Below, one piece after another: positions 13,160-27,738 of a DNA stretch of 64,000 bases. Within the stretch, counting starts at the first letter, position 1. Each line of letters opens with the position of its first letter. The notes under the pieces were generated by a model. It searched no databases. It was not told the DNA's origin and was given only the letters and a program-made list of their open reading frames with translations. A program made the translations under genes and the position numbers. Source of the stretch: Octopus vulgaris (lineage: Eukaryota); the NCBI GenBank assembly GCA_951406725.2, contig OX597815.1:132060001-132124000 (forward strand), written 5' to 3'.

Positions 13160-13560
13160 TCCGAAATTCAATTCACAATGGAATGAAGGCAATTGAAACT
13201 ACCATTTTTAGACATTTCAGTAATGAACGGCAACAATCGATTTGAGACAGATATAAGTTCTAAAGTTATTCAAAATAATATATTTCTTCTTTTCTTCAAG
13301 CTACCCTGAGAACACTAGAACAAATATTTCATTTAATTTAGCCAAAAGGATGTGCACAGTTGTATTAGACGTAAACACTTGTGACGTGCTACTTTAAGAA
13401 CGTAAGGATACACTGACTGTCAGATGATATCCACTGACGTTAGTAGATGATAGAATATGATGATAAAAATCAAATAATAAAGAAAAAAAGTAACAAAGCA
13501 GAAGGAAATACTTGATTTTAAAGGGACACCATACGTTCCTACTCACAGAAACTTACAATT
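13160..13560 (+). mobile_element. Old PLE RT fragment inside the TIR element
   Basis: Translates to QFTME..LPFLDI..FETDI and ..NISFNLAKRMCTVVLD.., matching the PLE thumb region seen at ~6900 and ~57000. Confidence 0.7.
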
Positions 13561-14330
13561 TTTCAAAATGGATGGATGCAGACGGACTGCAAAGGTATTT
13601 AAATAAATATATTTTTTAAGCATTTAGGAAACATAGGATTTGTCAAGTTAGCAGGAGTCAAAGATCAAGAAAATTCATGCTATGACTATATGACAATGGT
13701 TAGTATTAAATTTATTGAGAAGTGTTAAAATTTGAAAAGGAAATGATGTTACTAACCTGTTTTTAGGGGGAGCATATTTCTGGTTTGTGAGCGCTTTCAT
13801 TAAACATTTTCAAATACACGTGCTCTTAAAGAGGAAGTTCTTAGTTTATGGTACTGGTAGTATTATTTCCGGTTTATTTTCGGACTTTTGTAACAAAAAA
13901 GGATAACCAAAATCACTAAAGATATAAACAAAAGCCAAACTATATTCAAAACCAACAGGTTAAAGCATTTTAGGGTTCTCCTTGTGGTATATATTTTAAA
14001 TTGTCCAAAGGATAACAATTCCAACTGAAACAAAGTAATGCAGCACAATAAAAACTAATTTTATCTGTACATAACATTATGTATGAAATGTGTGGAGAAG
14101 TATACAGAAATAACAGGAATGACTCTAAAATACGAATAACATTCTACTGACAACAAATTCGAATCATTAGTTGGAGATCTTTGCGGATATATAAATATTT
14201 GTCTTAATATTCGTAAACAAAATTTTAAAACCTCTTCTTTGTATCAGTTTACAAATTTAGAACATCGTAGAACATCGTAAGAAGCAATCAACACTAGGAT
14301 TAGATTCCATGAGAAATAAGCAACTTGAAG

Positions 14331-14651
14331 TATACTCTTTTACTCTTTTACTTGTTTCAGTCATTTGACTGCGGCCATGCTGGAGCACCGCCTTTAGTCG
14401 AGCAAATCGACCCCGGGATTTATTCTTTGTAAGCCTAGTACTTATTCTATCGGCCTCTTTTGCCGAACCGCTAAGTGACGGGGACGTAAACACACCAGCA
14501 TCGGGTACAAACAAACACACACATATATACGCTCACAAATCCACTCACAAAGCAGAAGACACTTGCCCAAGATGCCACGCAGTGGGACTGAACCCGGAAC
14601 CATGTAGTTGGTTAGCAAGCTACTTACCACACAGCCACTCCTGCACCTATA
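14331..14651 (-). mobile_element. tRNA-derived SINE family C (internally shortened)
   Basis: Minus-strand head GGAGTGGCTGTGTGGTAAG..GGTTCAGTCCC, CORE-like CTTGGGCAAGTGTCTT and a (GTAAAAGA)n tail. Confidence 0.88.
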
Positions 14652-14945
14652 CTTGTATGTATACTTCTATGTATACTTTGTTAACTGATTTGCTTTTACA
14701 TGATTTTAAAGAACACTAACATTTTAGTTACTACCTACCATGTTACTAGCTTAGAATTATCACAACCGTATATTAAAGGAAGTGAAATCTATGAAAGAGA
14801 TTCTGTTAAATTCGAGGAGAGTGCAGAACAGTTCATTTTAAGTTTAAATGGGTGTGACCAAGATTTTAGTATACGTATTATCTTTTGTATTTGCAACATA
14901 TTTTAGATAATGTAAAATTTTTAGATTTATATATACGTGTGCATA

Positions 14946-15148
<203 letters not shown>

Positions 15149-15929
15149 TGTTTCTTTAAAAGAAGAAAAGAAAGTGGGGTAGGTTTTCCATCAAAAGGGG
15201 TCGTAAAAAGGGAAGAAAAGACAAAAAGGAACGAAAAGAAAAAAAAACTATCAATAGGGATCGTGTACCACAGAAATGTGATGATCTAAAGTGTAAAGGA
15301 AGAAGCAGATAGTGTTTATCCGTGGAAAGAAAAGCCTACGGAGAAGACCACGGTAACCTCGTTCAATAATGTCACCTGTTAACACATTTGTTTGCAAGTG
15401 GGTAACCCTCTGTTTTAAATTTTTCCGGGTTTATAGGATTATGCTCAAGGTGGCTTCGTCATTCATACGTGCCATCCTTGCTACATTCACCCATCTTTTT
15501 TTGAAACATTCGCTAGACAAAACTTGCCTCTCTACTCTCACTTACCTTTTCAAGTGATACTTGAAGAAGTTGATGAAAGATTGACCAGAGAGGAAAGTGT
15601 TTGTCTCCAATCCTTTCAGACGCGTCCACCAGATACATTCTTTCGCCATAGCCACAAGAATGATGAAAATAGCTCTTCTCGTTTGAAGGAAGGAGACGTG
15701 ACAATATTAACGATAAACTCGGCTGATAAACCGACTCGTCCCACACGTGACAGCAGTCGTTCGACATAAGCCCACAGATCGGAAATTGTTGGACACTGCA
15801 CGAGCGCGTGCAGAACGGTTTCGTCGCTCTGACCGCATCTCGGGCAGGTCGGACCCGTGTTTCTCGAGCCGTGTCTGTAGAGCTTATCTCGAACGGGTAG
15901 CGCTTCTCGGTAGTACTGCCAGTCCAGGT
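15149..15929 (-). mobile_element. 5'-truncated Tx1/L1-clade LINE (ORF2 C-terminus + 3' UTR) embedded in (GATA)n
   Basis: Minus-strand translation WQYYREALPVRDKL..TCPRCGQSDETVLHALVQCPTISDLW (zf-RVT CCHC), then AKECIWWTR..CFKKRWVNVA..*. GATA repeats flank both sides. Confidence 0.85.
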
Positions 15930-15987
15930 AGATAGACAGAGGGATAAATAAATAGATAGATAGCTAGATGGATGAATGGATGGATGA

Positions 15988-16038
<51 letters not shown>

Positions 16039-17029
16039 TACGTGCATGTATGTGTATATACACATATATATGCAAACCTATATGGTAGATGTACAAACGA
16101 ATTTCTATTAAAATATTTCTTAGTAGATTGACAAAATGAACAACTTTAATCGGTTTTCGAAACTTAGTGGGTTCTCAGTAGAAGTGTCTACATCACGTAA
16201 CCAATCCCAGCCAAACAAGCAACCAATCAGTTTATATACACAACCAATTCTGTAGCTTCAAAGAACTGGAGTCAGTAATTTGCGTACCATAAGTGTTTAC
16301 TGCACTCAAGCATAGGTATATAGTTTCTATTTTTGTTTTCTAGCCTCCAGTATTTTGCGTGGGAATTTGTGTATTCAAGCAAATATTGCATATTAGAAGA
16401 GTCATACTAACTATTAAAACACTCACCCTGTTTGTATTTTACTTCGGGGCTTCTTTCAGTTAAGTAAATGAACAGGTGTTTCATTCATTATTGAAGTAGT
16501 TTATTGATTTCTGAACGTTACTTCCACATACTATTTGACTCTATCGATGACAATGTCTCTACAGCTATTTCCCCGCTCAGTCACACGCTCGTAGTCTTTG
16601 CCCTTCCTTGACTATCACACAGTACGACATCTATGATAGAAGGACAATGCATATTTGATACGCAAAGAAGCCGTAGAAGTTGCATGTCGTGTATCAAATG
16701 ACGCCTCATACATGTAACAGCGGGTTTCACAATTTGATTTTAAGGATCTAATAGCTCTTTCATTTTTTCTTATTTTTCAGTTCTTTAGCATTTCCATCTG
16801 AGGCGTAAAATTAATGATATTTTAATCCTGAACAACAAAAAGGAAATAAGTTGGCTTTGACAATGAAAAATCGAAAAACTATTCTACAAGCCATAACCGT
16901 GTCTCCATGCTACACAATGTGAGACACAAAACTTAACTACAGGATATTAACTATATGTTTCTGCTTATTTTTTCACTTCAAACAATTCCTCATACGTTTC
17001 TGCCCAGTGGAAGCAAAACTTCTTCACAT

Positions 17030-17521
<492 letters not shown>

Positions 17522-17865
17522 CTGGTTACAAATGATTGAAAATTGTTGCCTAATCGTGATTTTGGTAATTTGCAATGCTGCCATTATTTCCTATCAACTC
17601 TCAATAGACGGATTAATTTGTATCTTGATACCATACTGAATTAAGAGAGAAGTCAGGCATGATTTATCACTCTCTACCTTGTACTGTCCTGTACCGCCCC
17701 CAATAATTTTGTGAACCCTTAGTGATTAATAAAGAAAACATTATTAATGCTATTATTTTACCTCTCAGAGATCTCGGTCTCGCTCGTGTTTTTTCTCTGA
17801 GAGGGGATGGCAACGGTACCATGTTATCCGTTCTTTTCAGCCACATAGTACTTTCCTGATTATTC

Positions 17866-17868
<3 letters not shown>

Positions 17869-17932
<64 letters not shown>

Positions 17933-17933
17933 T

Positions 17934-17976
<43 letters not shown>

Positions 17977-18070
17977 TAATAATAATAATTGTAATAATAA
18001 TAATAATTATTATTATTATTATTATTATTATTACAATTATTATTATTATTATTACTATTACTATAATTAT
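17869..18070. repeat. (TAA)n switching to (TTA)n microsatellite
   Basis: Visible tract; the strand polarity flips at ~18007. Confidence 0.95.
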
Positions 18071-18247
18071 TATTGCTGTTGTTGTTGTTGTTGTTATGCA
18101 GAGTGTGCGTCGATAGCTAGCTGGAGACGATGTTTCGTGGGGCTAAATAACAGTAACAGTCTTGCTGTTAAGGACGGCCACATTATGGGCTGAAATATTT
18201 CTCGTTCAGAGATCTAATAATAATAATTTTCTAATTATTATTATTAT

Positions 18248-18312
18248 TCACTTTTAACCAAGATGCTTGTATAATCATTCGCCGAGACACACTCTGCGTC
18301 CTTGGGCGAGTG
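18248..18312 (-). mobile_element. ~65-bp 3' stub of an R4/Dong-like LINE between TTA tracts
   Basis: TCGCCGAGACACACTCTGCGTCCTTGGGCG resembles the 3' ends ACCGAGCACAGCTCTGTGTGCCTTGGGT of the R4 copies at 21443, 26095 and 27359. Confidence 0.6.
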
Positions 18313-18425
<113 letters not shown>

Positions 18426-21340
18426 GTGTTTTCCTTCTTTCTTCAAATTTTCTTCCGATTCTCGCCGAGTGTTTTCCATACACCTAGGGCAGAGAAGGGC
18501 ATTGTATGCATTCCCAGATTACACGCGCAAATTCACTGATAAAATATGTATTTAAAAATTAGTAAATAAATAAATTCATGGATGGATGTTATTTTCACAG
18601 CGATAGTGCTCTTCTGAGGACATGAGCCGTTCCAGTTAATACGATTTTTTGCACTTCCTGTAGGGATGGTGAGCCTGGAATCATTTTCAAATAGGTTTCA
18701 GTGCCTTTTTTTATCATTCCTAGAGATCCTACAATCACTGGTACTATAGTTTCCTTGAGATGCCACATTTTTTTCAATTTCCATTAGCAGGTCTTTATAT
18801 TTACTAATCTTGTCAAATTCTTTCGCCGCTATATTGTGATCACAGGGAATACTCATGTCAATTAATAAACACATCCTTTTTGTCTGATCTTCTATAATGA
18901 TATCCTGTTTATTAGCTTTTATAGTCCTGTCGGTCTGCACGGGGAAGTCCCATAGAATCGACACATTTCTTCCCTCAATCACAGCTTCAGGATGATGTTT
19001 ATACCATTTGTCATTTTGATTTTATAATGCCGACATATTGTCCAGTGTAAATACTGGCCGACATATTGTCCAGTGTAAATACTGGCCGACTCTGTCATGT
19101 CTTGCTTTATATTCTGCAGGTGCTAAGACTCTACACCCTGAGATTAGGCGGTCTATTGTTTCAATCTCATCGTTACAGAATCGGCATTTTCGGTCAGCTC
19201 CATTTTTCATCACATTGGCTTGGTAGTTCCGGGTAAATAAGCTTTGGTCTTGAGCAGCTAATATGAAACCTTCACTCTCTGCTTTTAGCATGAACTTCGT
19301 AACCATTGGTGCGTGTGTTTCTGGTCGACATCAGCTTGTTTGCTACGGGCCACATACATGCCATGGAGAGGTTTCTGTTCCCATCTGCTAGCTAAATTTT
19401 TATGTGCTTTTATCTTTGTAATTAATTTTATTTTCTTTGCAGCTACAGCTGGCGCATTTTCCTCAGCCTACTCAATCTGGCGGGTATCTAAGAGATCAGC
19501 AGCGAATTTTTTGCTCTCTTTGAGAATAGAGTGAAGTTTTTTAGGTCTTTCATGTTTTTCAACAAGTTTTAGCATCCAATCGTTGGTTGCTTCAAGGTAT
19601 TTGTCCAGTCCGATTGTGGTGGTTTTGTATGTTAGTTCAAGCTGGATCAAACCTCGACCTCCCTGAGCTCTGGGAAGATAAAGGCGATCCATTTCTGCTT
19701 TGGATGGTGCATCTTATTACAAGTCAGTAGCTTGCGGATTTTCCTGTCAATTTTCATTATTTCACTAGTATTCCAGTTAAGCACATTGAAGCTATAAAGA
19801 ACAACTGGTACCGCTAAGGAATTTATGGCTAAAACCTTATTATATGCATTCAGCTCAGTCTTCAGGACTGCTCGAACTCTTCTATAACATTCTTTCCTAA
19901 ACTTCTCTTTCATGCTTGCATGCAGGATACCAGAGCCTTCATTTATTCCTAGGTATTTATAGGTTTGTTCCTGCTCAAGTTCCTTTATTACCATTTCGAC
20001 ATCTAATTCGATTGAACAAGACTTTACCAATTTCCCTTTCTTAAAATGGCTTTGGCACACTTTTCAAGGCCAAACTCCATTCCGATATCATCCCTGAATC
20101 CTTTCACAGTATGTAATAATCCTTCAAGCTCTTCATCATCTTTGCTATATAGCTTTAAGTCATCCATATAAAATAGATGGCTTATTTTCTTGTCAATTTT
20201 GTAACCATATCCTGTTCTATTCAGTTCACTTGAGAGTGGTATTAGTGCTATGCAGAATATTAGTGGTTAAAGTGAGTTACCTTGGAAAATTCCACAGTTT
20301 ATGCTAATGTTGTTTGAGTGCAATACTCCATTAGAATGATATAATTGGAGCTTCGTGTTCCATAGTGACATCATATACTTTAAAAAATCTGAAATCACAG
20401 GAGAAATTTTGAAAATGTCCAGCGATTTCAGAATCCACGAATGTGGTATGCTGTTAAAGGCTTTTTTATAATCAATCCATGAAGAGCTGAGATTTCTGCG
20501 CTTGTTATGGCAGTTCTCAAGGATCATGCGATTAATTAGGAGCTGATCTTTGCATCCGTATGAGCCTCGTGTGCATCCTTTTTGTTCAGTGGGAAAGAGG
20601 TTAATCTCTTCCATAAACGTATGTTTTTTCTACTAGAATAGATGTCAAGATCTTATAGGTAGTAAATAAACATGTTATAGGCCGATAGATTTTTGGGTTT
20701 TTCGTTTTGTTATTTTTGGTGAGAAGGTAAGTAATACCATTTGCCATCCAATGTGGTGGTTTTTTCGGGTCTTTCATAATACTATTAAATAGTATTACTA
20801 ACATTTTGTGTGCGGACGAGAGTGATGAGAGCCAGAAATTTGGTACTCTATCAATACCAGGCGATTTCCACTTATGAGCCTTTGTTAGAGCTCTCCTTAG
20901 GTCGGCGATTGAGATGTCTTCCCATACCTGTTTTTGTAGATTTTTGTAGTCATCTTGGGTGCGTTTGATCCACTCTGCATTATCATTGTATGGTTTGTAT
21001 GGTTTCTCATCACTCCAGATCCCCTCCCAAAAGTTTTCAACTTCTTCCATTAAGGGTGGATTTTCAATGGTTATTTTTTCTTTCCCTATTTCCCTTATTT
21101 TTGCTTGTAGAATTTGATTCTTTTCTCAAATCTGCATATTATCTGAGCTTTTGCTTAAACTTTTTGTTTAAGTGTTTCTTTCGCTGACATTAATTCTTCT
21201 CTTGTTGGGTGTCCATATTTTCTCACAATCTTCCTGCCTTTTCTTGATCTTACATCATTTCCAGATATTAGCTCAGTTAATATTGATATCTCCCTTCGCA
21301 ATGATTCAATTTCAGTTTCAATTTTATTCCTCCAGTTTGA
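18426..21340 (-). mobile_element. R4/Dong-like non-LTR retrotransposon (RT + CCHC + restriction-like endonuclease), copy 1, 5'-truncated, decayed
   Basis: ORF pieces KSPGIDRVPNFWL, YRPITCL, EQKGC..GCKDQLLIN..WIDYKKAF..GIFQG, HLFYMDDLKLY, CRFCND..ETIDRLISGC, WDFPVQTDRTIKANKQDIII..IDMSIP..EKFD/KISKYKDL. (TAA)n lies on both sides. Confidence 0.92.
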
Positions 21341-21369
21341 TTTTATTATTATTATTATTATTGTTCTTA

Positions 21370-21442
<73 letters not shown>

Positions 21443-21446
<4 letters not shown>

Positions 21447-24400
21447 TAGTCTTAATTTTATCAAGTACTTTCACTGCACTACCGAGCGCAGCTCTGTGGG
21501 CCTCGGGTATGTGCTGTGCTTTGCTGGGATGCTCTTATGGTTACTGTATTGTAAGTGTTTTACGTAGGTTATGTGCAGTGCCTAATAGTATGCTATTTTG
21601 TGTATGTTATATATATATATTTGTTAGTCCTGGTGTTTTTGTTATATAGTTGTCTGAATATGTTTTATCATACCTAATACACCCACTATGGTAGGAATTG
21701 TTTCTGTTTTTAGACTCCACATTCGGGCTAACTCCCTTTGCAGGTCTTTGTATATTGAAATTTTCTCCATTTCTTTTAGAGGAATGTTCTCAACTGTTGA
21801 TATTGATACGTTAATTAGAATGCAGTTTTTCTTAATGATTCTGACAACTATATCTGCCCTCTTGGTCTTAATTTCTCTATCTGTGTGCATTGGCGTGTGC
21901 TTATATCATTCTCTAGCTGTGTGTATTGCTTATATCATTTTTTTCCTGTTGTTATTCCATAGTGTTGGCATAGTTTCCAGTGTCTGTAGGTCTCAACTCT
22001 GTCGTGTCTGTGAATATATTCTTTCTTAGCCAGGACTTGGCAGCCAGGACAATATGATTTATCGCATCTCGTCCATCTCCACATACTCTGCAGTTACTTT
22101 TTATGCTTCTTTTTATGTTTTTGGTAATTTCTGGTAGGGAGGCTTTGGTCTTGTGCTGCAATTAAAAATCCTTCAATCTCTGCTTTGAGTCCTGAGCATC
22201 TCAACCATTGCTGGAATTTTGCTGTGTCCATTTCTTTTGCGTTTATTTTAGCCTAGTATTTGCCATGAGGGGGCTTTTCTTGTCATCGTTTTGTCATGAT
22301 CTGTTACTGTTCTAATTTTACTTTGGATTTCATTTGTTTTACAGCTTTTGTTTTTTTCTTCTTTTTCTTCAGAGTTCTTCGGTTGTATGATTTCTTGTTT
22401 GTAATTCTCAGCTTCCTTAAAGACGGAAAACAGTTTGTTGATTTTATTTCGTATTTTGTGGCTATGTATATTAGTTTTCATTGCCTTTGAAGTATTTCTT
22501 TAGTCCTATGGTGGTTATTTTGTAATAGTTTTCTAGTTGTATATGGCTCCTACCACCTTCCATACGTTGTATATATAACATTTCTATGTCTGATTTTGGG
22601 TAGTGCATCCTAAATCCTAATCATTATTTTTCTTGTTTTCCTATCTATTTTTATTACTTCATTTTGTGTCCAGTTAAGGATATTGTAGATGTAACATACA
22701 ACTGGGATGGCTAAAGTGTTTTTCGCATTAAGCTCTGTTTTCAGTATTAATCTAACTCGTCTATAGTATTCTTCTTTTATTTTCTCTTTCATTCGTGTGT
22801 GTTGTATCGTATCTAGTTCATTGATTCCTAAATATTTGTATGTCTGTCTTCGTCAATTTCTCTTATTTCATTTGTTTTATCTATTGTGATGTTACTAGTC
22901 TGAACTAGTTTTCATCTTTTGAAGGTTGCTTGAGCACATTTTTCTAAGCCAAATTTCATATTTATTTCTTTGGTAAATCTATGTACTGTCTGTAGTAATG
23001 TTTCCAGCTGTTTATCATTTGTAGCCTATAGTTTTAGGTCATCCATATATAAGAAGTGGCTGATTGTTTTGCCGTAACAGTTGTATCCACATCCAGTTCC
23101 TTTTAGCATATCACATACAGGTGTCAGTGCCAAGCAGAAAAGGAGTGGAGACAGCGTGTCTCCCTGGAATAATCCTCTTCTAATGGGGATCGTTTTGGTT
23201 TTTATGAGTCCCTCTTTTATTTACAGCTGTAGCACTGTCTGCTATTTATTCATAGTGTTATATATATTTTATGATTATTGGTGCTACTTTGTTCATGGCT
23301 AGTATTTCTAGGATCCATGTGTGGGGAGTACTATCAAAAGCCTTTTGGTAATCGATCCATGCCATACTTAGACATTTCTTCTTCCTGCGGCTGTCTTCAA
23401 TTATGGCTTTATTGATCATTAGTTGATCTTTACAGCCGTATGAGCTCTTGCACCATCCCTTCTGCTCTTCTGGAAACAGGATGTTTTCCTCCAGATGCTT
23501 GCTCATTCTCTGCGATATTATTGTAGTAAAGGCTTTGTAAATTGTAGGGAGACAAGTTAGTGATCTATAATTTTGTGGGTTTGCCGTTTCAGTAGATTTG
23601 GGAATTAGGATAGTTTTCCCTTCCGTGAGCCATTTAGGCATTGTCTCTGTCTCTGCTAGTAAGTCATTAAATTTCTCAGACATCTTTGTGTGTATTCCTG
23701 TCAGATATTTTAACCAGAAGTTGAGGATCTTATCGTGCCCGTGTGCCCTACAGTTGCTTAGATTCAGCAGTGCTTGGGTGAAATCTTCAGTTTGTTATAA
23801 GGGTCCAGAGTTGTTCAGGTGCTGAGATGGTTGTTTTGATAGAGCCTTTTTGACGTTGTTCCTTCGCAGACCATATTTCTTTCCAAAATTCTTCCACTTC
23901 TTCTGCTGTAAGTGTTGCAGTGATGTCTATTTTATTTTTGCCAAGTTCGTGGTAGAACGTTTTTGGGGTTGGAGTTGAACTGTTTGTTCTCTTCAAAGAA
24001 ACGTTGAGGTTTTTCATACCGGCGGATCCTTTGTGCTTTGGCAAGGATATCTTGCTTTAGCTGTTCTTTTAACTCAGGTAAACCTATTGCTATAATGTTG
24101 TATTTGCACAGTATTTTTGTTCTCTTCTTGTTGCTTAGTAATGTTGATTTTCTACTAGTTTAGTCATGGATTGACAGATCTTTTCTCTTGTATTCTATTG
24201 TTTCTTGATATTATTTATCCACAGAGTATATTTGGGTGTTGGTACATCTTTTGAGATGGGTTTGAGGGAGTATCCAGCTTCTTTTGTGACCACAGTGGCT
24301 GCTGCGTATATTATGTCATATAACCAGGTGATATTCACATTTGCTTCTGTGGCTATTAGATCTGTGATGGCCAGGTTCATGCTATTCATAATTGATGTTG

Positions 24401-25250
24401 TTTTAGTATCAATTTTAATTTTTGGGAGGTACAATCGGTGGTCCATACTGAGATCTGTAGCTTTCAGTTCTTTGATTATGCTCCTTTTTAGACTCTCATG
24501 ATCATTAGGTTCAATTTCACTGTTTAGATTTCATTCACCTTCCTTCCAGTTCATATATTTGTCTGTGGTGTTCTAGTTTGGTGCTTTTTGCACAGTATTA
24601 TAAATTCCTATGGTCTGGGTTTGTTGTCTTTCCTTGATTACTTTGCTATTGTTGGAAACGTTACGTCTGACTTCGTGTTTTACAGTTCCAACGCTTATGA
24701 TATTATTTGGCATTTTTGTGTGGCTACTATCTACATTTTCCTGATGTATTTTCCCTTGTAAGTGTTCTATTTCTGATTATATATTTATTCATTTATTTAT
24801 TTATTGAGAATATATCTTCATATGTTAGCTAGTTTATTATGGTTCATTGCTGTATCCAAGTCTTTATTTAGGTTATTTTTCTTCCAGAATTTATATGTAT
24901 ATGTTGTGATATTTTCGTTCTTTGGGTAGAGAACTGCTGTAAAATAAACGTGTAGGATTGAAATATATGTCTCACGTGTCCATTTATGTTTTTTTGATTT
25001 TATTTGCGGGACATGAGGAATTACGTCCGGCCCTTTATTTTGACAGTTGTCATTTCCGTAGGGTACCGTTCCGTTCATTTCTGATGTTAAATTGTTTTGC
25101 ACGTGTAGTCTTTCGTACTTTTGTGTAACAAGTTTAAAGTACGTACTTCCCGATTGTTATTCTTAGGTGGAATAATACCGGTAATGTTTAATTTACTTAT
25201 TTGTTTGTACATGGTGTTTGGGGACGGAGATGGTCTGGTGTAGATTAGAT
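21443..25250 (-). mobile_element. R4/Dong-like LINE copy 2 (second subfamily), near full length, decayed
   Basis: N-terminal KHKWTRE..Y..W (24818-25102), RT EEQKGW..GCKDQLMINK..WIDYQKAFD, CRVCGDG..H and RLE HTDREIK..DIVV. The 3' end abuts (TAA)n. The 5' boundary is approximate. Confidence 0.9.
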
Positions 25251-25534
25251 CGTAATGTGACGAGTGTGTTTACATGTACTGTGCGAGCAATGGAGATGAT
25301 ATACAGTTAAAATATATCATTTCATTCGGAAAATAGAAATAAATTTCAATGAGTATTACTTGGATGTAGTCCAAAACTTCGTCAGCTATTTTTGGCTCCA
25401 TGTGATACCTTTATTCCCAATGTTTTGGGATAGATTTCGGAGCAGCGTTTTATCGCTCATTATTATTCATAGTTTAGAGAAATGTTTTACATTCGGAATA
25501 AATATCCTTGATACTGTGGCACGACAGATTTCCT

Positions 25535-25720
25535 TAGTTATGGAGGACATTTCTTACAATTTTTGCTATTCTCAATACAGCAGATTTCTGAATTATTGCA
25601 ACTGCAACACCAATTTCAATAAAGGAACTGCTAAGTCCCTTGCTCACAGTACCTAGGACACCAATAAGAACCAGGATTACGTTTGTATGAACCTTGGACA
25701 GTCGTCTTATTTCCTATTTT
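25535..25720 (-). mobile_element. Old R4-type RLE C-terminal remnant
   Basis: Minus strand EIRRL..VILVLIGVLGTVSKGL..IQKSAVLRIAKIVRNVL* parallels the C-termini of the other copies (IIVGALG..IQKIALLGTAHILRRTL*). Confidence 0.65.
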
Positions 25721-26011
25721 CTCCTCCCCTTCCTCTTCATCATACTCCTCCTCCTACATCTTGTTTTGCTGTTGTTGTTGTTGTTGTTCTTCTTCTTGTT
25801 AGGACAGCAAGCTAGCAGAATTGTTAAGACTCGGAAAATTTGTTTAGCAACACTTCATCCGTCTTAACGTTCTCAGTTCATATTCTACCGAGGGTGACAT
25901 TGACTTTGAAACTTTCGATGAATTAAGAAACAGTTTAAATCTGTGGTCAATGTAATCGGCTAATCCTACTCCCTTACAATCGCTGACCTTGTGTCAATAT
26001 TTGAAACTATT

Positions 26012-26070
<59 letters not shown>

Positions 26071-26094
26071 TATTATTATTAATATTATTATTAT

Positions 26095-26930
26095 TCAGTA
26101 GTTTTATTTTTATAGCGTGCTTTCACTTCACTACCGAGCACAGCTCTGTGTGCCTTGGGTATATGCTGTGATTTGTTGTGATGCTCTGATGGTTATTGTA
26201 TGGAAAGTGTTCTGCGTAGGATGTGTGCAGTGCCTAGTAGTGCAATTTTCTGTATGTTATATGTGTTTGTAAGTCCTGGTGTTTTTGTTATGTATTTGTC
26301 TGAATATTTTTTTATCATGCCTAATGCACCTACTATGATAGGAATTGTTTCTGTTTTCAGATTCCACATTCTAGTTACCTCTATTTCCAGGTCTTTGTAT
26401 TTTGAGAGTTTCTCCATTTCTTTTAGAGACACGTTGTCATCAGCCGGTATTGATACATCAATTAGAAAGCATTTTTTTCTTCATGATCTCTGACAACTAT
26501 ATCTGGTCTGTTGGCCTTAATTTCTCTATCTGTGTGTATCGGCATATCCCAGAGTATGGTTGCTTTCTCGTTTTCTGTGACCTTTTCTGGTGTGTGCCTA
26601 TACCATCTTTTTTCTGTTGTTATTCCATAATGTTGGCATAGCTTCCAATGTATGTAGGTTCCAACTCTGTCATGTCTGTGAATATATTCCTTCTTAGTCA
26701 AGACTGGGCAGCTAGAGATAATATGATTTATTGTTTCTTGTCCATCTCCACATATTCTGCAGTTACTTGTAATATTTCTTTTCATTACATGTTTTTGGTA
26801 ATTTCTGGTGGGGAGGCTTTGGTCTTGTGCTGCAATTAAAAATCCCTCTGTTTCTGCTTTGAGTCCTGAGCTTCTCAACCATTGCTGGGATTTTTCTTTG
26901 TCTATTTCTTTTGCGTTTAGTTTAGTCCAG

Positions 26931-26933
<3 letters not shown>
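26095..26933 (-). mobile_element. R4/Dong-like LINE copy 3, 5'-truncated, best preserved (CCHC + RLE)
   Basis: ORFs 26462-26878 (AAQDQ..CRICGDGQETINHIISSC..RHD..WDMPIHTDREIKANRPDIVV) and 26193-26432. Flanked by (TAA)n. Confidence 0.93.
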
Positions 26934-26998
<65 letters not shown>

Positions 26999-27000
26999 TG

Positions 27001-27054
<54 letters not shown>

Positions 27055-27081
27055 CATTATCATCATCATTATTTTTATATT

Positions 27082-27294
27082 AAGGGGATGGTCTGGCAGA
27101 TTCGTTACTACGTCGGGCAAAATGCATGGAGGCATATCATCTGTCATTACGTTCTGATTTCAAATTCCACCAAGGATGACTTTGCCTTTCATTATTTCGC
27201 GGTCGATAAATTAAGCACCAGTGAAAGACTGGGGTCCATGTAATCATATTTCCTCCCATAAAATGGCTGCCCTTGTGGCAAAATTTGAAACCGC

Positions 27295-27295
<1 letters not shown>
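27082..27295 (+). mobile_element. SINE family B, diverged
   Basis: CTGGCAGATTCGTTA..TTCAAATTCCACCAAGG..GACTTTGCCTTTCAT..AAATTTGAAACC, lying between TTA tracts. Confidence 0.75.
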
Positions 27296-27358
<63 letters not shown>

Positions 27359-27361
<3 letters not shown>

Positions 27362-27719
27362 TGGTCCTATTTTTATAACGTGCTTTCAGTGCACTACCGA
27401 GAACAGCTCCGTGTGCCTTGGGTATGTGATGTAGTTTGTTGTGATGCTGATGCTTTTATAGTTACTGTATAGAAAGTGTTTTATGTAGGGTGTGTGCGGT
27501 GCTTAGTACTGCTATTTTCTGTATGTTATATATATTTGTTACAACTGATGTTTTTGTTATGTATTTGTCTGAATATTTTTTTCACCATACCTAATGCACC
27601 CATCATAATAGGAATTGTTTGTTTTTAGACTCCACATCCGAGTTACCTCTATTTTCATGTCTTTGTATTTTGAAAATTTCTCCATTCCTTTTAGAGAAAC
27701 GTTGTCATCTGTCGGTATT
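27359..27719 (-). mobile_element. R4/Dong-like LINE copy 4, short 3' fragment
   Basis: Colinear with 26095-26450 apart from an internal deletion; the 3' end abuts (TAA)n. Confidence 0.88.
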
Positions 27720-27738
27720 ATTCGATGTTATTATTATT

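Larger units (their letters stand above)
11341..13890. mobile_element. 2.5-kb element bounded by ~160-bp terminal inverted repeats (unclassified, DNA-transposon-like)
   Basis: 11341-~11500 (CAAAGTCCCAAAATAAACCGG..TTTAAGAGCACGTGT..AATGTTTAATGAAAG..AACAGGTTAGTAAC) is the reverse complement of ~13735-13890. No transposase is recognisable. Confidence 0.75.

Noticed and set aside
16420-16515. Possible minus-strand exon ending in CAGG|GTGAGT (MKHLFIYLTERSPEVKYKQ)
   Set aside because: It rests on one donor-like motif and a short peptide with no recognisable homology or partner exons.
18096-18215. HDV-like ribozyme between the TAA/TTG tracts
   Set aside because: It has TCGTGG and GCTGA-like bits, but I could not build P1/P3 pairing.
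19029-19090. 28-bp tandem duplication in R4 copy 1
   Set aside because: It is an ordinary post-insertion slippage mutation.
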